64,000 nucleotides of DNA from Bacillota bacterium (lineage in GTDB: Bacteria > Bacillota_I > Bacilli_A > ML615J-28 > CAG-313). Below are positions 9,322 to 19,057 of the stretch, one piece after another. Each line of letters opens with the position of its first letter. Positions within the stretch are counted from its first letter, which is position 1. The translations under genes and the position numbers were made by a program. Where the stretch lies: contig CAVJDT010000002.1 of the NCBI GenBank assembly GCA_963648435.1, positions 14,408 through 78,407 of the forward strand. The letters are read 5' to 3'. The notes beneath the pieces were generated by a model. That model was not told the origin of the DNA and did no database searches. It saw only the letters and a list, made by a program, of their open reading frames with translations.

Positions 9322-10164
9322 TTATAAATTTTTATAAAACTTTAATTCTATTTTCATTTGATTATATTCTTCGGTGATTCCATTTACAATTATATAATTA
9401 ACTCCAAGTTTAGCAATACTTCTAACACGTTTAGAAGAAATATCCCCGCTAACTGCGATTTTCTTTTTAGAATCATTTAACTTAAGGAGTAATTCAATTT
9501 CTTCATTTGACATATTATCAAGAATAATGGCATCACAACTAGTATTAAGGGCCTCTAAGTATTGTTCTTCGTTTTTTACCTCGACTTCAATCGGCAAATC
9601 AACTTTTTGACGTTCTTTTACAAGTTCTACAGCTTCTTTTATACCACCTGATGCAATAATGTGACTATCTCTAATCAAAATATGATCACTCAAATTAGTA
9701 TGATAATTAAATCCCCCACCATCTCTAACCGCTTGTTGGTCTAAAGTCCTAAGTAATGGGGTGGTTTTTCTCGTATCAAGGATATGACAATCTAAATCCT
9801 TAATTTCGGTTACATATCGATTAGTCATAGTTGCAATTCCGCTCATATGCTTGATAAAATTTAAGGCAGTTCTTTCCCCTTTTAAAATATCGCGCATGGG
9901 ACCTTTAAGGGTTATTATAACAGTTCCCCGATTAACGTAGCTTCCATTTGGTCGGTGGATGCTAACACTAATTTTGGGATTTATATATTGATAGATGGCT
10001 TTAACAATATTGGTACCAGAAACAATCCCCGTGGTTTTTGCCACAAAATTACCTGATACTATTTTGTTTTTATCAATAATACAAAGGGTGGTTACATCGT
10101 TATTGTAACTATCTTCTTGAAGAGCACTAGCTATTAATTTTGATAATTTATCATCCATAATCAA
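9322..10164 (-). CDS. nadC: Nicotinate-nucleotide pyrophosphorylase (carboxylating), quinolinate phosphoribosyltransferase
   Basis: 280 aa with the QPRTase fold signature. No nadA or nadB is adjacent. Confidence 0.88.
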   Translation of the reverse strand: MIMDDKLSKLIASALQEDSYNNDVTTLCIIDKNKIVSGNFVAKTTGIVSGTNIVKAIYQYINPKISVSIHRPNGSYVNRGTVIITLKGPMRDILKGERTALNFIKHMSGIATMTNRYVTEIKDLDCHILDTRKTTPLLRTLDQQAVRDGGGFNYHTNLSDHILIRDSHIIASGGIKEAVELVKERQKVDLPIEVEVKNEEQYLEALNTSCDAIILDNMSNEEIELLLKLNDSKKKIAVSGDISSKRVRSIAKLGVNYIIVNGITEEYNQMKIELKFYKNL

Positions 10165-10220
10165 TCACTTTTTCCTTTCTAACAATTCTAATTAAGGGAA
10201 AAACCCACCTAATTGGTGAG

Positions 10221-11318
10221 TTATTCAATTGAGCCACTAAAATAAGCAATCAGTAAAATCGCAACAGCCGCTAAGACAATTAACAATACTAAAATTGTAA
10301 CTTTAATGGCGGAAGTAGGAGCTTTACCAGATAATTTCCCAGTTTCTCCATTTACTAAAAAACGATAAATTTTATTATTATAACGATAAGTACCAATCCA
10401 AACAGGGATTAATACATACTTATATTTAATGTTATTGTAATTAGTTTTCATATCAATTCTACCAACAACATCATAATGATATTTATTTAATATTTTCATC
10501 TTAATCTTAGGTGCCGCAATTGTTTTCGCATTATCCCAAGCGTTATTTAACTTAACACGATAATGTTCCGCAGTAAAACCAACTAAATATTTTTTTTCAT
10601 ATAAGAATGACTCATTGGTGCCAAATGGACTAATTTGATTTATTTCATTTTGCGTAATTTGCGACCCCGCATTTACCACAATATCATCAAAAGTAAGTTG
10701 GGTAGTCCCGTAAATGTGATACCATCTAGTTCTAGTTTCAGTATGGCGATTTTTACCACTACCAACTGTCACCGTATAATATTCTCCTAAACAGCCATCA
10801 TACTTGGTAAAAGTATCAGTATCAAAAGTCCATATCGGTAAATATACACCACTAACATTTACTTTTACTCTTTGTTTTTTTACAGCTTTTGGTGAAAAAA
10901 ATCTTTTCTTTACCCATTTTATATAAGTCGTTGTTGCATCATTTTGTGATACATGAAAAGGAATTATCCGATGGGGTTTTATTCCCGCAAGTTCAGTTGT
11001 ATCTATTACTTGATTAGACCCACAAAAAGGGCAAGTACTACTAATTGCATCATTCGCAACCACATTTTCGGCTCCACAGTTTTCACATTTGATGACCTTC
11101 GTATCAGCATTCCACGACGAATCTGCATTTTTATCCGCATCTTCAAATGAAAATTCTTCATCACTTGTTTGTCCATCAATTTTTTGTTTAAATCCACAAT
11201 AACTACATTCGAGCATACTTGTATTAGGATTATAACTAACCGGAGCCCCGCACTGAGGACAACTATAATCTTCAGCTTCAGCTTGTTTTACTTCAAGTTC
11301 TTCTGTATTTATATCCAT
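10221..11318 (-). CDS. Zinc-ribbon protein with a C-terminal membrane anchor (YdjG/YdjH-like)
   Basis: 365 aa. Four N-terminal CxxC...CxxC zinc ribbons (CPQCG, CSYCG, CENCG, CPFCG) and a C-terminal TM helix. Lies immediately downstream of the SPFH gene. Confidence 0.7.
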   Translation of the reverse strand: MDINTEELEVKQAEAEDYSCPQCGAPVSYNPNTSMLECSYCGFKQKIDGQTSDEEFSFEDADKNADSSWNADTKVIKCENCGAENVVANDAISSTCPFCGSNQVIDTTELAGIKPHRIIPFHVSQNDATTTYIKWVKKRFFSPKAVKKQRVKVNVSGVYLPIWTFDTDTFTKYDGCLGEYYTVTVGSGKNRHTETRTRWYHIYGTTQLTFDDIVVNAGSQITQNEINQISPFGTNESFLYEKKYLVGFTAEHYRVKLNNAWDNAKTIAAPKIKMKILNKYHYDVVGRIDMKTNYNNIKYKYVLIPVWIGTYRYNNKIYRFLVNGETGKLSGKAPTSAIKVTILVLLIVLAAVAILLIAYFSGSIE

Positions 11319-11327
11319 AATTATTCA

Positions 11328-12434
11328 CTAATTTAACTTTTGACCACAGTTGTTACAAAACTTAGATCCCGGAACAACTTTAGAGCCACAATTTGTACAA
11401 AAACTATTTTGACTAATAGCCGTACCACAATTATTACAGAACTTAGAACCAGCCGGAAGACTTGCATGACATTTAGGACATACAACTCCTGATTCTTTAT
11501 TATTTTGATTATTTAAGGCTTGACCCATCGCTTGGCCCATGGCTTGGCCGATGGCAACTCCAGCTCCTAAGCCAGCACCAACTGATGCTGCTCCGCCATT
11601 AGGGTTATTCGCCGCATCTCGAATTGCTTGAGCTGCTTGATACTGAGTAAATTCACCTAAAACCCCTGACATGGCACCTAAAGATGATCTTTGGTCAATG
11701 GCCTTTTCAACTTCTTCTGGTAATGCCACACTTTCAACTTTTAAATTAACAATCGTAACACCTATTGCATCAAAATCAGTATCTGTTACTTGTTTAATAC
11801 GATCACCAAATTCAAGTAATTTAGCAGGTAAATCTAAAGCCGCTATGGCCGCATCAGCTAAAACATTAGTAAAGCCCGAAACAATAATACTCTTAAAGTA
11901 TTCCATTAAAGCACTTGTTGTATATTCACGATTAGTACCAAAAATTTCACGCATGAATTTAGGTGCATCTTCAATCTTAAATGAGTAAGTGCCACGACCA
12001 CCAACTCGAATAATACCAAAATCTTGATCACGCATAGTAACTTTAGTTGAAGTACCCCATTTCATATTGATAAATTGTTTAGTATTTACATAATAAACAT
12101 CTGCTTTAAATGGTGAATCAAAGCCATATTTCCAACTTGCAAGTTTTGTTATAATTGGCATATTATTGGTGGTAAGTGTATGTGTACCAGGACCATAAAC
12201 ATCACATATTTGACCACCACTTACAAGCATTGCACATTGTGATTCAGTTACAATTAGTTGACAACCATTCATAATTTCATCACGATCTTCCATAGGATAA
12301 CGATAGACAATCGTATCGGTAGTATCATCTTTCCATTCAATAACTTTTAATAATTGTCTTTTAATTCCTGAAAATAATCCCATAATTATACCTCTTTCTA
12401 TTAATATATCTTTGTTCTTATTAATTTCTATCAT
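11328..12434 (-). CDS. SPFH/band-7 domain protein with two C-terminal zinc ribbons (YdjI-like)
   Basis: 368 aa. SPFH core, GQAMGQAMGQAL linker, then CPKCHASL...CNNCG and CTNCG...CNNCG ribbons. Operon partner of the zinc-ribbon protein, with a 9-nt spacer. Confidence 0.8.
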   Translation of the reverse strand: MIEINKNKDILIERGIIMGLFSGIKRQLLKVIEWKDDTTDTIVYRYPMEDRDEIMNGCQLIVTESQCAMLVSGGQICDVYGPGTHTLTTNNMPIITKLASWKYGFDSPFKADVYYVNTKQFINMKWGTSTKVTMRDQDFGIIRVGGRGTYSFKIEDAPKFMREIFGTNREYTTSALMEYFKSIIVSGFTNVLADAAIAALDLPAKLLEFGDRIKQVTDTDFDAIGVTIVNLKVESVALPEEVEKAIDQRSSLGAMSGVLGEFTQYQAAQAIRDAANNPNGGAASVGAGLGAGVAIGQAMGQAMGQALNNQNNKESGVVCPKCHASLPAGSKFCNNCGTAISQNSFCTNCGSKVVPGSKFCNNCGQKLN

Positions 12435-12482
12435 TATTATATCTTATTTTCATCAAAAAGTAAACAAAAATAATTTTTTTAT

Positions 12483-12516
12483 TAAAAAATATCAAAAATC
12501 GGTATTTCTACCGATT
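12483..12516 (-). terminator. Rho-independent terminator of the ABC importer operon
   Basis: Stem aatcggta / taccgatt with loop tttc, followed on the minus strand by a U-run. Confidence 0.6.
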
Positions 12517-12521
12517 TATTA

Positions 12522-13544
12522 TTACTTGATTATTTTACTAGCAATTTCATTATTGACTAGTTTTTTAAATGGTGCCCTTTTATCAAGTTCACTAGCTAAG
12601 CTCATAATATCCATTAATTTTTCAAATCCTATTTCTTCAAAATAAGGGGTCGTACACCATGCATCAATTGCACGATAACGATTAACCACACTAACTAAGT
12701 CTTCAAGCACAATATCAGGGAAGGCTGTTTTCATTAATTTAGCAACTTCAAGATCACTATGGGTATTTACATATTTTTGACCTTCATAAATGGCCCTTGT
12801 AAATTTTTCTAAGGTTTCTTTATTAGCATTATAATATTTAATTGTGGTCGAATAAGCTGTATATGGCACTTTTCCCACTAATTCTCCAACTGAACATAAT
12901 AAATAAGCTCGACTAGCCTTCATTAAATCTGTGGCCGTAGGTTCAAATAAGGTTACAAAATCACCTTCTCCTGATAAAAAGGAACCAGCCATCGCGGAAA
13001 AAGCAATATCAGTTCTTACATTTACTTCATTTTTACTTGGGTCAACTTTATCTACATTTTGTTTAACTATTAATCCAGCGTTTTTTAAAGCATATTCTAG
13101 AGTCATTTCAGGCACTCCACCTTTTCTACCACCTAAAATGCTTTTACCTTTTAACATGGTAAGGCTAAAGTTATCAACTTTTTCTCTACCAAAAATAAAA
13201 CTTCCATCTGTTTGGGTTAACTGAGCAAAATTGACTAAATAATTATCTTGATTATTATTATATAAATAGATAGTAGGCTCCGGACCTTGTAATCCTATTT
13301 CCACATCACCAGATAATAGTGATGAAGTTACTTTATCAGCCCCATTAGCATTAATTAACTCTATTTCAAGACCTTCATTTTCAAAATAGCCAAGTTCAAT
13401 TGCGACATATTGAGGGGCATAAAAAACCGAATGTGCTACTTCCGCAACTCTAATTTTCTTTTTATTTGAAGTTTTACAACTTGTAAATGACAATAAAATT
13501 AATAATAAACAACTAAACAATAAACAAACTTTTTTAAATTTCAT
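12522..13544 (-). CDS. ABC transporter substrate-binding lipoprotein, NMT1/THI5-like (NitT/TauT family)
   Basis: True start is the ATG at 13544 (MKFKKVCLLFSCLLLILLSFTSC, lipobox) with an AGAGGAA SD. It overlaps the permease stop. Confidence 0.8.
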   Translation of the reverse strand: MKFKKVCLLFSCLLLILLSFTSCKTSNKKKIRVAEVAHSVFYAPQYVAIELGYFENEGLEIELINANGADKVTSSLLSGDVEIGLQGPEPTIYLYNNNQDNYLVNFAQLTQTDGSFIFGREKVDNFSLTMLKGKSILGGRKGGVPEMTLEYALKNAGLIVKQNVDKVDPSKNEVNVRTDIAFSAMAGSFLSGEGDFVTLFEPTATDLMKASRAYLLCSVGELVGKVPYTAYSTTIKYYNANKETLEKFTRAIYEGQKYVNTHSDLEVAKLMKTAFPDIVLEDLVSVVNRYRAIDAWCTTPYFEEIGFEKLMDIMSLASELDKRAPFKKLVNNEIASKIIK

Positions 13545-13545
13545 T

Positions 13546-14334
13546 TTATTTCCTCTTTCTTTTAATTTGTAATTCAATAATATTAACAATTTCATACATA
13601 ATAAATGCAATAATTGCTAAAACGAGAACTCCCATCATGACTAAATCCATTTTAAACACTTGTGAACCATAAACAATTAAATAACCAATTCCGGCTCTTG
13701 ATACCACAAATTCACCTACAATTACTCCAATCCATGACATTCCAATGTTAATTTTAATGATATTTACAATGTTCGCAAAATTAGCAGGTAAAACTAGTTT
13801 AATAAGGATTTGCCATTTATTTGCCCCAAAACTTTTCAACATCTTTATTTTATCTTCTTCAATATTTTTAAAATAGGCATATCCTGAAATAATTGTTATG
13901 ACAATTGAAATAGAAACCGCCACCACCGTAATACCTTTAATACCAGTACCAGCCCAAATAATTAAAATAGGGGCCAGAGCAGTTTTAGGAAGAGCATTTA
14001 ATACTACTAAAAATGGATCAAAAATTCTTGCAATAAACTCATTCCACCATAATATAATCGCAATAATTAATCCAAGTAAAGTTCCAATTACAAGCCCTAA
14101 AATAGTTTCTAATGTTGAAATCTTAATATGTTTCCATAATTCTCCATTTTGAATGTACATTTTTAATAGTTTAAAAATACTAGATGGTTTACTAAATAAA
14201 AAACTATCGATAATGTGATATTTGGATAATAATTCCCAAATAACAATAAACAATACCAACAATGATAACTGAATACTAGTAATAATTAATCGATTAATTC
14301 GTCTTTTTTTGATATATGGATTAACTTTCTTCAT
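13546..14334 (-). CDS. ABC transporter permease (NitT/TauT family)
   Basis: ORF 13546..14358. GGAGTG SD sits 6 nt before the ATG at 14334. Multi-TM permease with an EAA-like loop. Confidence 0.8.
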   Translation of the reverse strand: MKKVNPYIKKRRINRLIITSIQLSLLVLFIVIWELLSKYHIIDSFLFSKPSSIFKLLKMYIQNGELWKHIKISTLETILGLVIGTLLGLIIAIILWWNEFIARIFDPFLVVLNALPKTALAPILIIWAGTGIKGITVVAVSISIVITIISGYAYFKNIEEDKIKMLKSFGANKWQILIKLVLPANFANIVNIIKINIGMSWIGVIVGEFVVSRAGIGYLIVYGSQVFKMDLVMMGVLVLAIIAFIMYEIVNIIELQIKRKRK

Positions 14335-15061
14335 TGAGTTCACTCCAAATTTCATCAAAGTACATTCTAAAATTAGGATCTTTACGTTTTAGAAGGGGGG
14401 TAATACTTTCTTCTTGCATTTTAATAAGATGATTCCCCTTAAGGGTTGCGGGCCTTTTAGATAGTACAATTACCCTATCTGCCATCGCAATAGCCTCAGA
14501 TATATCATGGGTAACTAAAATTGCACTAAGTTTTTCATTTCTAATGATATTATAAACATCATCACTTACTTTAATTCTTGTTTGATAATCAAGTGCCGAA
14601 AAAGGTTCATCTAATAACAAAATATTAGGTTTTAAAGCAAGGGTTCTAATTAAGGCTATTCTTTGGCGCATACCACCGGAAAGTTCGTGAGGATAATTAT
14701 TAATAAAATCTATTAAATCATATTTTCTAAGCATTTCTTCGATTTCTTTTTTTCTTTCTTCGGTTATTTGATGCCTTATTTCTAAACCAAGTAAAATATT
14801 TTTCCATACAGTTCGCCATTCAAACAATTGATCTTTTTGAAACATATACCCTAAATTACCATTAACATTAATTTTTCCATCATTTGGCTTTAGTAACCCC
14901 GATATTAAGTTTAAAATGGTTGATTTCCCCGATCCTGATGGACCAACAATTGCAATTATTTCCCCACTATTTAATTCTAGATTTAAATTATTAATTACTT
15001 CAAGTATGCCAAGTTTAGTGTAAAAACTTTTTGAAACGTTACTTATCGTTAGTACTTTCAT
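14321..15061 (-). CDS. ABC transporter ATP-binding protein (NitT/TauT family)
   Basis: Walker A GPSGSGKST, signature LSGGMRQR and Walker B LLLDEP. Confidence 0.88.
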   Translation of the reverse strand: MKVLTISNVSKSFYTKLGILEVINNLNLELNSGEIIAIVGPSGSGKSTILNLISGLLKPNDGKINVNGNLGYMFQKDQLFEWRTVWKNILLGLEIRHQITEERKKEIEEMLRKYDLIDFINNYPHELSGGMRQRIALIRTLALKPNILLLDEPFSALDYQTRIKVSDDVYNIIRNEKLSAILVTHDISEAIAMADRVIVLSKRPATLKGNHLIKMQEESITPLLKRKDPNFRMYFDEIWSELNEES

Positions 15062-15120
15062 GATTCACCTCATTTCTTAGTCTACTATATAATATTAATA
15101 ATATTAAAAAAGGTATGGGC

Positions 15121-15158
15121 AAAAAGAAAAAACTGACTAATCAAAAGATTAATCAGTT
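15121..15158 (-). terminator. Terminator of the P-type ATPase gene
   Basis: Imperfect 11-bp stem aactgactaat / attaatcagtt overlapping the stop codon, with a U-run downstream on the minus strand. Confidence 0.5.
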
Positions 15159-17687
15159 ATTTTTCTTAACTTTAAAACGATTATGGCGATCATCTATTTT
15201 CTTTTTAATCGCATTTAAGAAATATGTAATTGAAGTTACAAAGGTATAAGACAATAAGGCTAAAATAATAGTTAATAATAAAGCATTAGCTACCACAAGA
15301 GTGCCTCCATCTTCTCCCGTTTCAATACTATATAATTTAACTAAATTAAAAATACTTCTAAAATCAAGTCCTAAAATCTTCACTTCATACATTGAAGCAA
15401 GGGTCACGAAGAAACTTGAAGTAATACAGAAAATAAAAAGAACAAATTTTTTTAAATTAAATGGTTGACAAGCAATATAAAGCATCATAAATCCCGTGTA
15501 TGTCGCACAAAGCACAACAACAGTTCTAAGTTGGTCGCCATTAAGTCGAAGTGGTTTGGCCACTAAATAAGCAAGAATTACTTCAATAACAACCGCCAAT
15601 GCCCCAGGTAAAGCTTTTCGCATCGCATTAACAAGGAAATTACCACTAATTGGATTGTTATTTGGTTGTAAAGCCAGGAAGAATGATGGTATACCAATTC
15701 CAAAGAACTCTAGCATGAATAAATCCATTTTATTTTCAATTGGAAACCCTGCTCTTCCTTCAGGATGAAATACTCCAATAAATCCACTAATGGTTAAGGC
15801 TGCAAGAATAATAATAAACAAAGTCTTTACAAAAAACAAAATAGAAGTTTGTTGAATGTTATTAATAACTCTTCTACCTTCACCAACCACCGCTGGCATC
15901 GATGCAAAGTTTGAATCCAGTAAAACAAGTTTTGCAACACTTCTAACCGCATCACTACCAGATGCCATTGCAATACTACAGTCTGCTTCCTTTAAAGCCA
16001 AAATATCATTAACTCCATCACCAGTCATCGCCACTATGTGTTTAGCATCCTTTAAGGCTTTAACAATTATTTGTTTTTGATTAGGTTTAACCCGGCCAAA
16101 AACAGTATATTGCGTTGCGGCTTGATATACTTCGTCATCACTTAAACCATCTAAACTAATATATTCATCCGCATGTTTAATTCCAACACGGCGTGATACT
16201 TCTGATACGGTTACCGGATTATCACCTGAAATAACTTTAACTTCAACACCATTTTCTCTAAAGTATTTAATGGTATCAAATGCTTCTTTTCGAATTTGGT
16301 CTTCAATCAAAATCAAAGATATCAATCTTGGAACTTTTTGAATTTTTTCATCTTTTAATGGTAATTGACTATATGCAAGTACAATCACTCGTAAGCCTTG
16401 GTTAGCATATTCATTAATTTCTGATGCATATTTATCAAAATTATTTTTAAGAACAAACTCAGGAGCCCCTATTATATAAGTACCACTCGCAAAGGTAACG
16501 GCACTAAATTTACGCTCTGATGAAAAAGGTGTAACTTCAACTGGTTTTAAGACTTCACTAAAACCAAAATAGTTTTCTAAAGCTTTAGAAGTCGAGTTAG
16601 ATTCTTGAAGAGCCGTATTAATTGATGAAATTATATCCTTAACACTGTATTCTAAATTTCGTTGTTTTTCAATATATCTAACTACACTCATTGTACCATC
16701 AGTTATAGTTCCCGTTTTATCTAGGCATAATACATCAACACGGGCAAGCATTTCAATACAGTAAATGTCTTGAACTAACGTATTATGTTTAGCAAGTCTC
16801 ATTACACTAACTGCTAAGGCAATCGATGTCATCAAGTATAATCCTTGAGGAATCATTCCAATTAACGCCGTGGTGGTGGTTGTTACCGCATCTTTAAATT
16901 GATTATGAAAATTAGGATCTTTAAAGTCAATATGATAATTAAAATATCTTAAGAACAATAATACTCCAAAAAATACTAATAATATCGCTACTACTTGAAG
17001 TAAACGATTAAGGGAACCTAAAATTCCTGATTTGGGTTGCTTATACTTTTTAGCTTGAGCCGCGAGTTTGGATATTTCGGTGTCATTTCCAACTCTTTCT
17101 ACTTGGGCATAACAATTACCTGATACCACAAAACTACCAGAAAAAAGAGTTGAACCAACATTTTTTCTAATTGGCACTGACTCACCAGTAAGTTGTGATT
17201 CATTTACTTCAATTTCCCCTTCAACTAAGATAGCATCAGTTGTAATTTCTTTACCAGGAGTAAGATACATAATATCATCTAAAACTATATCTTCAACTTT
17301 TACTTTAACTTTAGTAGCCTCCCGGACAACCGTAACCTCAGGAGCTGATAAAAGCGATAATTTATCAATTGTCATTTTCGACCTAATTTCTTGAATAGTA
17401 CCAATTAAAGTATTGATAAAAACTAGAACTAAAAAGGTATATTCTGATGGTTTTGTGCCAACAATCATTAGTAGTATCGCAATAAAAATATAAATCATAT
17501 TAAAGAATGTAAAAACATTTTTTAAGACAATTCCAAAATAACCTTTTTTATTTATATCTTTTACAATATTATTAAGATCATGATCATAACGTTCTTTGAT
17601 TTGTTCTTCATTAAGTCCAACATCATAGTGTGGTGTATATCTTATTATTTCTACTGTTTCTTTTGTTTTTTTCATGAATGACACCAT
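15153..17687 (-). CDS. Cation-transporting P-type ATPase (P2-type, Ca2+/Mg2+-like)
   Basis: 844 aa. Phosphorylation site DKTGTITDG, hinge motif TGDGVNDILALKEADCSIAM, and PQGL in place of PEGL in TM4. Confidence 0.9.
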   Translation of the reverse strand: MVSFMKKTKETVEIIRYTPHYDVGLNEEQIKERYDHDLNNIVKDINKKGYFGIVLKNVFTFFNMIYIFIAILLMIVGTKPSEYTFLVLVFINTLIGTIQEIRSKMTIDKLSLLSAPEVTVVREATKVKVKVEDIVLDDIMYLTPGKEITTDAILVEGEIEVNESQLTGESVPIRKNVGSTLFSGSFVVSGNCYAQVERVGNDTEISKLAAQAKKYKQPKSGILGSLNRLLQVVAILLVFFGVLLFLRYFNYHIDFKDPNFHNQFKDAVTTTTTALIGMIPQGLYLMTSIALAVSVMRLAKHNTLVQDIYCIEMLARVDVLCLDKTGTITDGTMSVVRYIEKQRNLEYSVKDIISSINTALQESNSTSKALENYFGFSEVLKPVEVTPFSSERKFSAVTFASGTYIIGAPEFVLKNNFDKYASEINEYANQGLRVIVLAYSQLPLKDEKIQKVPRLISLILIEDQIRKEAFDTIKYFRENGVEVKVISGDNPVTVSEVSRRVGIKHADEYISLDGLSDDEVYQAATQYTVFGRVKPNQKQIIVKALKDAKHIVAMTGDGVNDILALKEADCSIAMASGSDAVRSVAKLVLLDSNFASMPAVVGEGRRVINNIQQTSILFFVKTLFIIILAALTISGFIGVFHPEGRAGFPIENKMDLFMLEFFGIGIPSFFLALQPNNNPISGNFLVNAMRKALPGALAVVIEVILAYLVAKPLRLNGDQLRTVVVLCATYTGFMMLYIACQPFNLKKFVLFIFCITSSFFVTLASMYEVKILGLDFRSIFNLVKLYSIETGEDGGTLVVANALLLTIILALLSYTFVTSITYFLNAIKKKIDDRHNRFKVKKNN

Positions 17688-17841
17688 CCCTTCAAAGTAT
17701 AATTATAACATATTTGTGTATTTTTGTAAAACAAAACAAGTAATATTTTTTGTAATTTATTTTAAAATATGTTAAAATTTATCTATATAAATTTTAAACA
17801 TCATATACTAATATTTTTTAGTTAAAAGAAAGGAAAAGGAA

Positions 17842-18510
17842 ATGAAAAACATAATCATTGGGGTAACCCCTCGTATTAATCACAGTGACAACAACACTTT
17901 TATTCGTGTACATCGTAACTACCTTGACCGTTTAACAAAAATTGGTCTTATACCTATTATCATCACTCCTGGGTCTAATTATCAATGTATTCTTGATCTT
18001 TGTGATGGTTTCTTAGTTATTGGTGGTGATGACTATAACCCAGTTATGTATGGTGATAATAATGATTTAGGTTTATCGAAAGAAATTGATGATGAAATGG
18101 ATAAATTAGATCAAGATATCATTTTATACGCTGTTAAAAAGGCAAAACCAGTTTTAGGAATTTGTCGAGGTCATCAAGGTTTTTCCGCCGTATTTGGCAA
18201 AGCCTTATATCAAGATATTGAAAGTGCAGGTCTTAATCACCCTATAACTAACAAACTTCATGAAGTAACTAAAGTTACAAATATCGGTGTTGCAAAACTT
18301 TTACCTGAAAAATTCACCACTAATACTTTTCATCATCAAGCAACTAAAGACTTACCAGATGGGTTTGTCGTATTATATAAAAATCATGATGTAATTGAAG
18401 CAATTGAGCACACTAGTCTTCCTCTTTTTGGTATTCAGTGGCATCCAGAAAGAATGGAAACTAAGGAATCTGACATCATATTTAATTACTTTAAGGATAT
18501 GTTTAAATAA
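17842..18510 (+). CDS. Class I glutamine amidotransferase-like gamma-glutamyl hydrolase (peptidase C26 / PuuD family)
   Basis: 222 aa with the catalytic Cys motif GICRGHQ and a conserved His near the C-terminus (GIQWHPE). Confidence 0.78.
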   Translation: MKNIIIGVTPRINHSDNNTFIRVHRNYLDRLTKIGLIPIIITPGSNYQCILDLCDGFLVIGGDDYNPVMYGDNNDLGLSKEIDDEMDKLDQDIILYAVKKAKPVLGICRGHQGFSAVFGKALYQDIESAGLNHPITNKLHEVTKVTNIGVAKLLPEKFTTNTFHHQATKDLPDGFVVLYKNHDVIEAIEHTSLPLFGIQWHPERMETKESDIIFNYFKDMFK

Positions 18511-19040
18511 TGAATGAAATAGTTAGTAAATCAACAATATATAATGGTAAAATTATTACTGTTGAAAAAAAACAACTTAAGCTTCCAAATGGTGTCATTG
18601 TTGACCGTGAATTTGTTAATCATAAACCTGCCACCACAATGCTTGCCATTATTGATGAGGCGGTAATTCTAGTTTCGCAGTACCGGATTGGCAGTAATTC
18701 TCAATTACTAGAACTTCCAGCTGGCTTGATGGAAAATGGAGAAAACCCTCTCACCTGTGCCCAAAGAGAACTTCAAGAAGAAGTTGGCTTTAAAGCAAAT
18801 AATATTGAATTACTAGGCAAATATTACCTATCACCAGGCTTTTGTAATGAATTAATTTATCTTTACTTATGTACTGATTTAACCCCTTCAAAACTCAAGG
18901 AAGATGATGATGAATTCTTATCAATACATTTTTTACCAATAAGTGAAATTGAAAACTTTTTAAGTAGTAACCAATGTAATGATATTAAAACAGCCCTTGG
19001 ATTAAGTCTTTTACTAAATAAAATAACATCTAGAAGATAA
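18510..19040 (+). CDS. NUDIX hydrolase (ADP-ribose pyrophosphatase-like)
   Basis: Nudix box GLMENGENPLTCAQRELQEEVG. Start overlaps the preceding stop (ATAATG). Confidence 0.85.
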   Translation: MNEIVSKSTIYNGKIITVEKKQLKLPNGVIVDREFVNHKPATTMLAIIDEAVILVSQYRIGSNSQLLELPAGLMENGENPLTCAQRELQEEVGFKANNIELLGKYYLSPGFCNELIYLYLCTDLTPSKLKEDDDEFLSIHFLPISEIENFLSSNQCNDIKTALGLSLLLNKITSRR

Positions 19041-19057
19041 CTCCTAGATGTTTTTTC
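19025..19057. terminator. Bidirectional terminator between convergent genes
   Basis: Stem aacatctag / ctagatgtt (9 bp) with loop aagataactc, flanked by A-rich and T-rich runs. Confidence 0.6.

Noticed and set aside
10165-10220. Possible riboswitch or leader upstream of nadC
   Set aside because: Only 56 nt separate nadC from the upstream gene stop. They contain a weak hairpin (cacc...ggtg) that is better explained as the terminator or attenuator of the zinc-ribbon gene. No conserved riboswitch core is recognisable.
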